In this document: positions 52,150 through 60,833 of the stretch, piece after piece
Numbering within the stretch: position 1 is the first letter of the stretch
Layout of the letters: each line of letters opens with the position of its first letter
DNA from: Limnochordia bacterium
GTDB taxonomy: Bacteria; Bacillota; Limnochordia; DTU080
Assembly (NCBI GenBank): GCA_050951545.1
Contig: JBMNJG010000011.1
Coordinates: 256,001-320,000, forward strand
DNA length: 64,000 bases
Direction: 5' to 3'
The notes under the pieces: model-generated
Databases searched by the model: none
What the model was told of the DNA's origin: nothing
Seen by the model: only the letters and a program-made list of their open reading frames with translations
Made by a program: the position numbers and the translations under genes

Positions 52150-53721
52150 GTGAGGCCCGTGGCGTATAGTAGGGAAAACCACAAGGGCCAGTTGCGGCTG
52201 GGTTGCCTTCCATTGGTGATGCTTCTCGTTGGAATCTTCTGCGCCAAACAGGCTGGGGCAGCCGTGCAAGTGCCCTTGCCTGAAGCCATGGAGGTCCGTG
52301 GGGCGGTAACCCTAGAGGTGGCCCGGAGGCGAGGCCCGCTCGTGTTGGACGTACAGCCGGAAGTCGTGTGGCGGGCTCGGACCGCCGACAAGTCTGTGGA
52401 GATGCAGGCCTTGTGGGACGGGGAGGGGGCTAAGCCGGGGCCCTATCTTGCGAGCATCGGCATGGAGGGCATCGAGGTTTCTGTCTGGGGCAGGGAATAC
52501 CGCCAGCCGCGTTGGGCTGATGGGCAGGGCTTGGTGGCCCTAGTGGGGACAGAGCATGAGGGACCTCGCCTCCGGGTGGAGCATGGTACCTGGGGGTTTG
52601 ATCATAGCAGAGAGCGGACTGGTGTGCGCTGGGAACGCGTCGGGGGGATCTCCTCGGGAGGGGAGGTCAAGGCCGGGGTGCTCGTGGTGGCTGGGCAGCC
52701 GCCCTCTGAGCCGGAGGATAACGAGTCAGATTGGGGCGATGCCGCGGATGACGAGGGGGGCACTGGTGGAGAGGTGGATGCTCCCGCAGCCGAAAGCGCC
52801 CGCAGTGTTGAGCGCGGAGTGCTGTATGGTACATACCAGGGGGGCGCGTGGCGCTTGCAGGGCGCGCTGGCTGGGGCAGTGGAGGAGGAGGCTGACGGGG
52901 GGCTGTGCCTCGCGCAGGGAGTTGAGGCGCGCTACGCCTCCCCTGGTTGGCGGGTGGAGCTCAAACAGGCCTATCGGGAGGCTGGGTACGCGAAGAGCGA
53001 TGCCCCCGCTAAAGGTATGGCTCAGTGGAGCGTGACGCGTGCCAACGGTCGATTGGGGGCGAAAGTCTCTTGCCGTAGCGATTGGGCCGATGATGCGGCA
53101 GCTAGCCGAACGTGGGTCTTGAGCGTGGGAGGGCGCGCGGGAATGTCAGTTACCAGGCTGGGGGCGCTTTACACTCAGTACCAAGTGAAGCGTGTGAAGA
53201 GCCCGGCCTGGCGGGTGCATCTGCAATGGAAGGTAGGAGAGGTGGGTTGCTCGCTACCTGCAGACTACCCTTGGCTGTGGCCCGATCGAGCGGTGCAGCG
53301 TTGGCAAGGTAGCGTGGAGACCCTGTGGCCCCTAGGAGTTGCGGGTGGCCTTGGAGTGCGCATCTGCGTGGCCGAGGCCAAAAACGGGCGTCTGAACTGG
53401 TCCTATCCGCTCTTTGGTGAAGGGAAAGCTCTGACTATGCAGTCCCATAGCGCGCTCAAGTGCGAAGCGCTCTGGATTCGGGAGGGAGGGCCAGGGCGGC
53501 GCTTCCTGGCGGAGCTCATGTATGCCGAGGAGGTGAAGCACAACCTCACCGCCTATGAATCACCCCGGGCTACCTACTGGGCTTGGCGGCCGAGCTGGGA
53601 GCGCGAGTTGGCAGAACGTGTGAAGCTTACCTTGGCGGCAGGAGTGCTTATGGCGCAGGAGTATAGCGGGGCTCATGTCGAAGAAGTAATGCATCTTCTG
53701 CAGCTAAAGATCGTCCTGTAA
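52150..53721 (+). CDS. Predicted divergent beta-barrel protein 3
   Basis: Signal-like segment, Trp-rich strands, VWG...WAD motif shared with barrels 1 and 2, C-terminal LLQLKIVL. Confidence 0.5.
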   Translation: MRPVAYSRENHKGQLRLGCLPLVMLLVGIFCAKQAGAAVQVPLPEAMEVRGAVTLEVARRRGPLVLDVQPEVVWRARTADKSVEMQALWDGEGAKPGPYLASIGMEGIEVSVWGREYRQPRWADGQGLVALVGTEHEGPRLRVEHGTWGFDHSRERTGVRWERVGGISSGGEVKAGVLVVAGQPPSEPEDNESDWGDAADDEGGTGGEVDAPAAESARSVERGVLYGTYQGGAWRLQGALAGAVEEEADGGLCLAQGVEARYASPGWRVELKQAYREAGYAKSDAPAKGMAQWSVTRANGRLGAKVSCRSDWADDAAASRTWVLSVGGRAGMSVTRLGALYTQYQVKRVKSPAWRVHLQWKVGEVGCSLPADYPWLWPDRAVQRWQGSVETLWPLGVAGGLGVRICVAEAKNGRLNWSYPLFGEGKALTMQSHSALKCEALWIREGGPGRRFLAELMYAEEVKHNLTAYESPRATYWAWRPSWERELAERVKLTLAAGVLMAQEYSGAHVEEVMHLLQLKIVL

Positions 53722-53917
53722 ACCGTACGCATATGGCAGGAGCCTAGGCAGTGTTGGCGAATACTTCACAGAAAGGTGTGGGTAGGTCTTATCAGCCCAC
53801 GGCGAGCTACCCGCGGGCTACCCGTAGCCGCCTGGTAGTAGTGCCCCGGTAGGGCTCATATCCGGGGGCACCAGCTATGAGTCCGGCCCTCAGCGGCCGC
53901 AAAAAGGAGGCCACACA

Positions 53918-55024
53918 GTGGCACAGGTGATTCTGCAGCATGTCACTAAGCGTTTCGGAAACGTAGTAGCGGTTAACGATGCGACCCTCGAGGTTCGCGA
54001 CAAGGAGTTTATGGTACTGGTAGGGCCGTCCGGGTGTGGAAAGTCGACGACTCTGCGAATGGTCGCGGGTTTGGAGGATCTCACCGAGGGCAATATCTAC
54101 ATCGGCGAGACGCTGGTCAATGATATCCCCCCCAAGGACCGTGACATCGCCATGGTCTTCCAGAACTACGCTCTGTACCCACACATGGACGTCTACAACA
54201 ACATGGCGTTCGGCCTTAAGCTGCGTAAGGTTCCCAAGGCCGAGATTGACCGCCGTGTCAAAGAAGGCGCCCGTATGCTGGGTATCGAGAACTTGCTTGA
54301 CCGCAAGCCCAAGGCTCTCTCAGGAGGTCAGCGGCAGCGTGTAGCGGTTGGCCGGGCTATCGTGCGTGAACCCAAGGTCTTCCTTATGGACGAGCCCCTT
54401 TCTAACCTTGACGCCAAGCTGCGCGTGCAGATGCGCGCTGAGCTTTCGAAGCTGCACGCCCGTTTGCAGACCACAGCCATCTACGTCACCCACGACCAGA
54501 CCGAAGCTATGACCATGGGCGACCGGATCTGTGTCCTCAAAGACGGAGTGATTCAGCAGGTTGGTGCGCCTCTAGAGATCTATAACCATCCTGCCAACAT
54601 GTTTGTGGCTGGTTTTATTGGCAGCCCGCCAATGAACTTCATTGAGGGAGTGCTCAAGAGAAGTGGGGAGGATTTCCTCTTTGATACGGGTGTATTCAAG
54701 CTAGCCTTAGACCCTGAAAGAAGCCGTGAGATTCGGAACCTAGCGGCCTACGTAGACAAGGACGTTGTCCTTGGTATCCGGCCTGAGGACATCAGCGATG
54801 GCAAGCTTGAGCCCGGAGCTGGCTCGAATTCGGTTGTGGCGATGGTCGATGTAACCGAGCTCATGGGTGCTGAGATTCTTGTCTATCTATCCAAAGGTGA
54901 GGCGCAGTTCATCGCTCGAGTGGATCCGCAGAGCGAGGCCACCGATGGCGAGGAGCATCCCATGACCTTTAACATGAAGAAGATTCACCTCTTCGACAAG
55001 GATACAGAGCAGACTATAAATTAG
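53918..55024 (+). CDS. msmX: Multiple-sugar ABC transporter ATPase (MsmX/MalK/UgpC)
   Basis: GPSGCGKS, LSGGQRQRVA, DEPLSNLDAKLR, C-terminal TOBE domain. Confidence 0.93.
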   Translation: MAQVILQHVTKRFGNVVAVNDATLEVRDKEFMVLVGPSGCGKSTTLRMVAGLEDLTEGNIYIGETLVNDIPPKDRDIAMVFQNYALYPHMDVYNNMAFGLKLRKVPKAEIDRRVKEGARMLGIENLLDRKPKALSGGQRQRVAVGRAIVREPKVFLMDEPLSNLDAKLRVQMRAELSKLHARLQTTAIYVTHDQTEAMTMGDRICVLKDGVIQQVGAPLEIYNHPANMFVAGFIGSPPMNFIEGVLKRSGEDFLFDTGVFKLALDPERSREIRNLAAYVDKDVVLGIRPEDISDGKLEPGAGSNSVVAMVDVTELMGAEILVYLSKGEAQFIARVDPQSEATDGEEHPMTFNMKKIHLFDKDTEQTIN

Positions 55025-55041
55025 AACGTCCGAAAGGGCTC

Positions 55042-55088
55042 TAAGTGAGAGAAAGAGCCGGGATCTTCCCGGCTCTTTCTCTCACTTA
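55042..55088. terminator. 22-bp perfect inverted repeat after msmX
   Basis: TAAGTGAGAGAAAGAGCCGGGA-TCT-TCCCGGCTCTTTCTCTCACTTA. Confidence 0.75.
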
Positions 55089-55129
55089 ACAGTGTCTGTG
55101 CTCATTTTCGACCAGGGGGATTGTCGTAG

Positions 55130-56098
55130 ATGACCGAGCAACCGATAGCGATTGGTGTCGATGTAGGTGGCACGACGTTCAGTGTAGCCTTGGTATCAGC
55201 GCAAGGCAGGATCTTGCGTTCAGACGAAGGGGAGACCTTGGCCGCCCAGGGAGCAGAGGTTGTGATAGGCCGGATCACGGAGTCTATCAGACGTCTTCTG
55301 AAGGAGGCGGCGTTAGCGCCATCGGCCTTGGCTGGTATCGGAATGGGTATCCCTGGGTTGCATGATCGGGAGCAGGGGGTGGTGATCACCTCTCCTAACC
55401 TGAAGTGGGAGGGCGTGCCCGTTCGCGATCTGGTCTGCGGTGCTATAGATACAGAGTTCTACATGGACGGCGATGTACGTGTAGCGGCTGTCGGTGAGAG
55501 GTACTTCGGCGCGGCTGCCAATTGCGAAAACTTCATCTTCATTACCTTGGGGACTGGTATTGGTTCGGGCATCTTCATTGATGGCAAGCTCTATCGAGGT
55601 CCAAACGGATATGCCGGAGAGGTAGGGCATCAGACGATTGTGGAACATGGTCCTCTGTGCGGCTGCGGCAACTATGGTTGCGTAGAGGCTCTAGCTGGTA
55701 ATAAGGGCATTGTCCGTCGTGCGCAACAGGCGCTGGAGAAAGAAGAGGCCCCTATTTTGATGCAGGAGATCGATGGCGATACTTCGCGGATTACCCCCGC
55801 AGCACTCTACCGCGCTGCTATGGCGGGATGCCACCTTTCCCATCGAGTTCTCGCGGACACCGGACGTTGTGTGGGCACCGCCATGGCCAATCTGGTGAAC
55901 GTGCTCAACCCACAGAAGATCATCGTGGGCGGAGGGGTAGCCCAAGCTGGCGAGATGATACTTGGGCCTTTGCGGGAGACAATAGATGACAGATCGATGG
56001 GTCCCAACGCAGCGGCTGTGGAGGTTCTTCCCGCCATGCTCGGCAACAGGGCCGGGGTGTTGGGTGCTGCAGCTATGGCATTGTTTGATCTCGCGTAG
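55130..56098 (+). CDS. ROK family sugar kinase (glucokinase-like)
   Basis: GVDVGGT, TLGTGIGSG, GEVGH, CGCGNYGCVE. Confidence 0.92.
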   Translation: MTEQPIAIGVDVGGTTFSVALVSAQGRILRSDEGETLAAQGAEVVIGRITESIRRLLKEAALAPSALAGIGMGIPGLHDREQGVVITSPNLKWEGVPVRDLVCGAIDTEFYMDGDVRVAAVGERYFGAAANCENFIFITLGTGIGSGIFIDGKLYRGPNGYAGEVGHQTIVEHGPLCGCGNYGCVEALAGNKGIVRRAQQALEKEEAPILMQEIDGDTSRITPAALYRAAMAGCHLSHRVLADTGRCVGTAMANLVNVLNPQKIIVGGGVAQAGEMILGPLRETIDDRSMGPNAAAVEVLPAMLGNRAGVLGAAAMALFDLA

Positions 56099-56132
56099 GT
56101 AGCGAATGGCTAGCCATCAGGGAGGGAATACG

Positions 56133-57203
56133 ATGTCTGATGCCAGAAGGCTTGATGATCAGGGTTGGCTGAGACAGATTGATCTGAGCGATATGCTTGG
56201 TCTAGTGGAGGTACTGCCCCAACAGTGTCGCGAAGCGGAGCGCATAGCTCGCAGTATGCCTTTGCCGCACTGGAACGGTGTCCAACACATTTTGGTGGTG
56301 GGGATGGGCGGTTCGGCCATTGGTGGAGACTTCGTGCGGGCATTGGCGAACGAGCAATGCAGCGTGCCCGTGAGTGTGCATCGCAGTGACACACTCCCTC
56401 GCTGGGTGGGAAGGCAATGCTTGGTTGTGGCAGCTAGCTACTCAGGCAACACGGAGGAGACTCTCGCTGCCTACGCGGAAGCCAAACGACGGCAGGCACG
56501 TCTTATGGCTATTACCACTGGTGGTGAGCTTGCAGCGCTGGCAGCGAACGATGACTGTCCCATTGTTCGAATACCCGGAGGTCTACCACCACGGGCTGCC
56601 ATCGGTTACTCGTTCGTGCCCTTGCTTGTGTTGTGTGAGCGGCTTGGCCTCTTGCCTGCCCAGGGCGAGGCCCTGGCAGAGATGTTCGAGGTCCTAGAGA
56701 AACAACGCGCCCTCTATGGACGCCAGAGCCCATCCTCACAGAATCCAGCGAAGGCTCTGGCAGCGGCACTAGTGGGCTATGCACCAGTGGTGCTCGGTTC
56801 AGAAGGCTGCAGCGGCGTGGCTGCGTATCGATGGAAGTGTCAGTTCAACGAGAACAGCAAGGCACCTGCTTTCTGGAACGTTTTCCCAGAGCTCACCCAC
56901 AATGAGACGGTGGGATGGGAAAAGGCAGATGAGGTGCTGCAACGGCTGCATGTGGTGCTGTTGCGCGACACTCGCGATAGTGAGCGCAGCACTTGTCGCA
57001 TTGACGTAGCCACACAGATCATGGGCAGGAAGGCAGAGGGGATCACGGAGTTTTGGGCTGAAGGTGATTCGTCGGTGGCACGCCTGTTTTCGTTGGTCTA
57101 TCCTGGAGACTTCGTAACCACGTATCTGGCGCTTCTCTATGGGGTCGATCCGACTCCAATTCAGGCCATTGACTTCCTAAAGGAGGAGCTCAAGAAGCGG
57201 TAG
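56133..57203 (+). CDS. Bifunctional phosphoglucose/phosphomannose isomerase
   Basis: GMGGSAIGG, SYSGNTEET, QFNENSK, PELTHNE. Confidence 0.92.
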   Translation: MSDARRLDDQGWLRQIDLSDMLGLVEVLPQQCREAERIARSMPLPHWNGVQHILVVGMGGSAIGGDFVRALANEQCSVPVSVHRSDTLPRWVGRQCLVVAASYSGNTEETLAAYAEAKRRQARLMAITTGGELAALAANDDCPIVRIPGGLPPRAAIGYSFVPLLVLCERLGLLPAQGEALAEMFEVLEKQRALYGRQSPSSQNPAKALAAALVGYAPVVLGSEGCSGVAAYRWKCQFNENSKAPAFWNVFPELTHNETVGWEKADEVLQRLHVVLLRDTRDSERSTCRIDVATQIMGRKAEGITEFWAEGDSSVARLFSLVYPGDFVTTYLALLYGVDPTPIQAIDFLKEELKKR

Positions 57204-57248
57204 GATATGTGGCTGTGTCCAGCATCCGTGGGCAGAATGCAGGCGTGA

Positions 57249-57278
57249 TTGACAGGTCTTGGTGGCCAAAGGTAGAAT
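57249..57278 (+). promoter_or_regulatory. sigmaA promoter for the toxin-antitoxin operon
   Basis: TTGACA-N18-TAGAAT. Confidence 0.7.
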
Positions 57279-57331
57279 CAGGATAGATGCTTGTCCGAAA
57301 ACGTTGAAGTACGTGAAGGGGAGACAGGCAG

Positions 57332-57601
57332 GTGGCCAGGTCCCGACACATAGTTGTATCCTTGCCCGAAACACTGCTTCAGCAGCTGAAACAAGAGATT
57401 CAAGGCGCGAAAATGGGCCGAAATGAGTTCATCTGTGAGAGCGTTGAGTATTATATGGCAGAGCGCAAAAGGCGGACTGTACGCCGCCAGCTTGTTGCGG
57501 GATACCAGGAAATGGCAGCTTTGAACCTGGAACTCGCTGGGGAAGCGGAGACCGACTCCGCCTTGGGCGAGTACGAGCAGGCGCTGTCGGAGGGAGAATA
57601 G
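57332..57601 (+). CDS. ndoAI: CopG/RHH antitoxin (EndoAI/MazE-like)
   Basis: [28 protein letters not shown]; directly before the toxin. Confidence 0.85.
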   Translation: MARSRHIVVSLPETLLQQLKQEIQGAKMGRNEFICESVEYYMAERKRRTVRRQLVAGYQEMAALNLELAGEAETDSALGEYEQALSEGE

Positions 57602-57606
57602 GTGAT

Positions 57607-57957
57607 TTGGAGGTCCGGCGGGGGGACATTGTCTACGCCAACCTTAATCCGGTGATTGGCTCTGAGCAGGGCGGCACGCGTCCAGTTCTGGTGCTTCAAA
57701 ATGACATCGGAAATCGCCATAGTCCGACCACGATTGTTGCTGCCATCACGTCTCGCATTAAGAAGGCCAAGCTGCCCACTCATGTTGAGATCTGCGCTGA
57801 CGACTATGGCCTGGAGCGTGACTCAGTGATTCTGCTCGAGCAGTTGCGCACCATCGACAAGCGACGACTCAAGGAAAAGCTGGCTCATCTTGACGAAGAA
57901 AGTATGAACCGCGTGAACGAAGGTCTGATGATTAGCCTGGGGCTGACGCAGCTGTAG
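57607..57957 (+). CDS. ndoA: MazF/PemK endoribonuclease toxin (EndoA)
   Basis: [44 protein letters not shown]. Confidence 0.95.
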   Translation: MEVRRGDIVYANLNPVIGSEQGGTRPVLVLQNDIGNRHSPTTIVAAITSRIKKAKLPTHVEICADDYGLERDSVILLEQLRTIDKRRLKEKLAHLDEESMNRVNEGLMISLGLTQL

Positions 57958-57989
57958 GTCATAGGTCGCTTCTGAACGTACGAGGTAAC

Positions 57990-58017
57990 GAGACTCGCAA
58001 GTTGGCGAGTCTCTTTT
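57990..58017 (+). terminator. Terminator after the toxin gene
   Basis: GAGACTCGC-AAGTTG-GCGAGTCTC-TTTT. Confidence 0.75.
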
Positions 58018-58064
58018 GTGGATCCTCGGCAAAGTGTGCCTGGGTGTGTCAGGAGGCGTGGGAT

Positions 58065-58790
58065 ATGCGTCCTTTGGTGCTGATGTCTTGCGGAATCGAC
58101 CCCGGTGGAGCGAAATTCGAGGGCAACCTAAGCTACGTGGAAGCAGTGGAGGGAGCTGGGGGGAGTGTGATGGTGGCACCTTCGCGGCTTTGCGAGGAGA
58201 CTCTGTCCGTTCTCTGCGGGCTGGCCGATAGCATTCTCTTGCCTGGTGGCAACGATATCGATCCGGCAAACTTCGGGGAAGAGCCTCGTCTAGCCAATGG
58301 TCGTGTTGAACCGGAGGTTGATGCGGTCGACATGTATCTGGCATGCTATGCCTTGCGGCACGGCAAGCCTGTTCTCGGTATCTGTCGTGGGTGCCAAGTC
58401 CTAAACGTGGCGGCTGGGGGGAGTCTGTTTCAAGATCTGCCCACCCAGTGGGAACGCGGGCAGCTGCTGCAGCACCGACAGCAAGCGCCACGCTGGCATG
58501 CCTCCCATGAGCTGCAGGTAGTTCCTGGAAGTCTGCTGGCTGGGATACTGGGCGACACGCGGCTGCGTGTAAACAGCTTCCACCATCAAGCCATTCGGAG
58601 CTGTGGTCGGGGTATGCGGGCGGTGGCTCAGGCTTCTGATGGAGTCGTAGAGGCCATCGAAGGTGAGGGCTCAGTGTTTGCCGTGGGTGTGCAGTGGCAT
58701 CCCGAAGGCATGCTTAGCCGTCATCCCCTGCAACAGCGCCTATTTGATGCATTCATCCAGGCAGGGCTCGCAGGTAAAGCTAGCGAATGA
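58065..58790 (+). CDS. Class I glutamine amidotransferase, peptidase C26 (PuuD-like)
   Basis: LPGGNDIDP, LGICRGCQ, VNSFHHQ, VQWHPE. Confidence 0.92.
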   Translation: MRPLVLMSCGIDPGGAKFEGNLSYVEAVEGAGGSVMVAPSRLCEETLSVLCGLADSILLPGGNDIDPANFGEEPRLANGRVEPEVDAVDMYLACYALRHGKPVLGICRGCQVLNVAAGGSLFQDLPTQWERGQLLQHRQQAPRWHASHELQVVPGSLLAGILGDTRLRVNSFHHQAIRSCGRGMRAVAQASDGVVEAIEGEGSVFAVGVQWHPEGMLSRHPLQQRLFDAFIQAGLAGKASE

Positions 58791-58838
58791 GGCGACCTGT
58801 GCGGGGTGCTCTAAGATGAAGTAGGAGGTGGCACCAGA

Positions 58839-59879
58839 ATGAGCGAGGTCCTGATTCATGTGACCCGAGGATCTGTTGTCGAGAGCAGGCACGCGGCGAG
58901 CGTCGTGTTGAGTGATACCTCTGGTCATGTGAGGGCATTTGCAGGGAATCCGGATCGCATAGCCTTCTGGCGTTCTGCGGCCAAGCCGCTTCAGGCGCTG
59001 CCGCTGGTGGTGGGCGGTGGTATGGAGCACTTCGGTCTGCAGGAAGATGAACTCGCAGTAATGACTGGCTCTCACTCAGGCGACGAGGTGCATGTACAGG
59101 CCGTGCAGTCCATTCTGGCGCGCATCGGTCTGAGCGAAGAGCATCTGCGCTGTGGTGCCCATCCCCCTTTGTCAAAGGCTGCTGCGGCAGAGCTTGCGCG
59201 GGCGAGGGAGTTGCCTCGCGCGGTTCACTGCAACTGCTCTGGCAAGCATGCGGGTCTGTTGGCACTTGCCCGCCTGCATGGTTGGCCAGTGGAAGGCTAC
59301 TTGGAGCTGGAGCATCCGGTGGGACAGACCGTTATGGCGACCATTGAGGCACTGACAGGGGTGCCAGCGGCGGTGATGCCTGTGGGTATCGACGGTTGCG
59401 GCTTGCCTACTGCAGCAGTGACAATTCGCGCCATCGCCACGGCTTTTGCCCGTCTCGCTGATCCGTCATCATTGCCTCCGGACTTGGGAAAGGCTGCTCT
59501 ACGGGTTACGCAGGCTATGCGCAGGTACCCTCATATGGTGGCTGGCAGCGGTCGCTTTGACACGTCCCTGATGGCCGCTACTGCAGGGCGCTTGTTCTGC
59601 AAAGGCGGAGCCGAGGGGGTACTGGCCATAGGTCTTCCCGAGCTTGGTCTCGGCCTAGCCGTGAAAGTGGAAGATGGGGGGGCACGAGCTCTGCCACCCC
59701 TAGGTGTAGACATTCTGACCCGCCTAGGCGTCCTCACTGAAGAAGAGGCTCGGTCGCTGGCTGATCTGCATCGGCCAGTGGTACGCAACACTGCAGGTAT
59801 GGTGGTGGGAAGTATCGAGGCGATAGTGCCGGAATCATTGGCTAGCGATCTGCTTTCCCTTCGACAAGATGCAGTCTAG
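58839..59879 (+). CDS. L-asparaginase II family (Rhizobium AnsA-type)
   Basis: RSAAKPLQA, SHSG, NCSGKHAG, DGCG, KGGAEG. Confidence 0.92.
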   Translation: MSEVLIHVTRGSVVESRHAASVVLSDTSGHVRAFAGNPDRIAFWRSAAKPLQALPLVVGGGMEHFGLQEDELAVMTGSHSGDEVHVQAVQSILARIGLSEEHLRCGAHPPLSKAAAAELARARELPRAVHCNCSGKHAGLLALARLHGWPVEGYLELEHPVGQTVMATIEALTGVPAAVMPVGIDGCGLPTAAVTIRAIATAFARLADPSSLPPDLGKAALRVTQAMRRYPHMVAGSGRFDTSLMAATAGRLFCKGGAEGVLAIGLPELGLGLAVKVEDGGARALPPLGVDILTRLGVLTEEEARSLADLHRPVVRNTAGMVVGSIEAIVPESLASDLLSLRQDAV

Positions 59880-59908
59880 CGCCTGTCTTCCGGGGAGTAC
59901 GCGTGGTT

Positions 59909-59943
59909 GGCCGCCGACATGCCCGCACAGCGTAACACGGTTC
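59909..59943 (+). repeat. Leader motif, copy C (before the receiver gene RBS)
   Basis: GGCCGCCGACATGCCCGCACAGCGTAACACGGTTC followed by TCGGGGAGG. Confidence 0.85.
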
Positions 59944-59953
59944 TCGGGGAGGT

Positions 59954-60337
59954 ATGTACGTGGCTACGGTTTTGCTGGCAGATGATGATCCTGCTGTGCG
60001 TGAGGTGCTTCGCGAACTGCTGCCGCTGTGCTGTGAGGAGTTCCATGTGGTGGGAGAGGCCTGTGATGGTCTACAGGCGGTTGAAATGGCTGTACAGCTG
60101 CAGCCTGATGTGATCCTTATGGATGTACGCATGCCTTTTCTTGATGGAATCGGGGCGACCCGGCGCATCAAGCAGGAGTTCGGTAGTCCTTCGGTTGTGG
60201 TTGTCTTTTCGAGTTTCCCATGGCCTGAGCTGGAAACAGCGGCTAAGGAGGCGGGGGCTATGTGCCATCTGTCCAAACCTTTCGCCATGGAAGAACTGAA
60301 GAAGGCGCTAACGGAGGCGGTAAGACGTGAGCCATGA
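59954..60337 (+). CDS. Stand-alone response regulator receiver protein (start may be GTG 59960)
   Basis: LLADDD, PDVILMDVRMP, KPF; no output domain. Confidence 0.88.
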   Translation: MYVATVLLADDDPAVREVLRELLPLCCEEFHVVGEACDGLQAVEMAVQLQPDVILMDVRMPFLDGIGATRRIKQEFGSPSVVVVFSSFPWPELETAAKEAGAMCHLSKPFAMEELKKALTEAVRREP

Positions 60338-60833
60338 ACTTGAACTTCGCGTAGGCTCGAAGCTGCACACGGTGCGTCTGGGTGAACTCCTTGGCCAAGC
60401 TGTGGGGCCGGGCGATGTGGTGGTGCTCAGCGGTCCTCTGGGGTCTGGGAAGACGGTGTTTGTGCAGGGCATGGCTCAGGGGTTGGGGGCTGACAGTTCG
60501 CAGGTGCACAGTCCAACCTTTACTCTATTGCACACATACCCGGGTCGGCTCCCTCTTTACCATTTCGACTTGTACCGTTTGGATAGTAGCGATGAGCTTC
60601 TGAGGTTAGGCTTCGATGAGTACCTGTTCGACGGCGAAGGGGTATCGGCTGTGGAATGGGGAGACAAGTTTGCGGATATGATGCCTGAACAAGCGCTGTG
60701 GGTGAGTTTTTCCACGGTTCCTGAGGAACCTAGCCAACGCTGTATCCGGTTGTCAGCTGAGGGACCGGAGGCCCGTCGTGTGCTTGAGCGTGTGAAGCAC
60801 AGGGCGCCAAAGGAAGAAGGGGGCTCGGCGTGA
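60327..60833 (+). CDS. tsaE: tRNA t6A biosynthesis ATPase TsaE
   Basis: GPLGSGKT, SPTFTL, HFDLYRL, VEWG. Confidence 0.95.
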   Translation: MSHELELRVGSKLHTVRLGELLGQAVGPGDVVVLSGPLGSGKTVFVQGMAQGLGADSSQVHSPTFTLLHTYPGRLPLYHFDLYRLDSSDELLRLGFDEYLFDGEGVSAVEWGDKFADMMPEQALWVSFSTVPEEPSQRCIRLSAEGPEARRVLERVKHRAPKEEGGSA

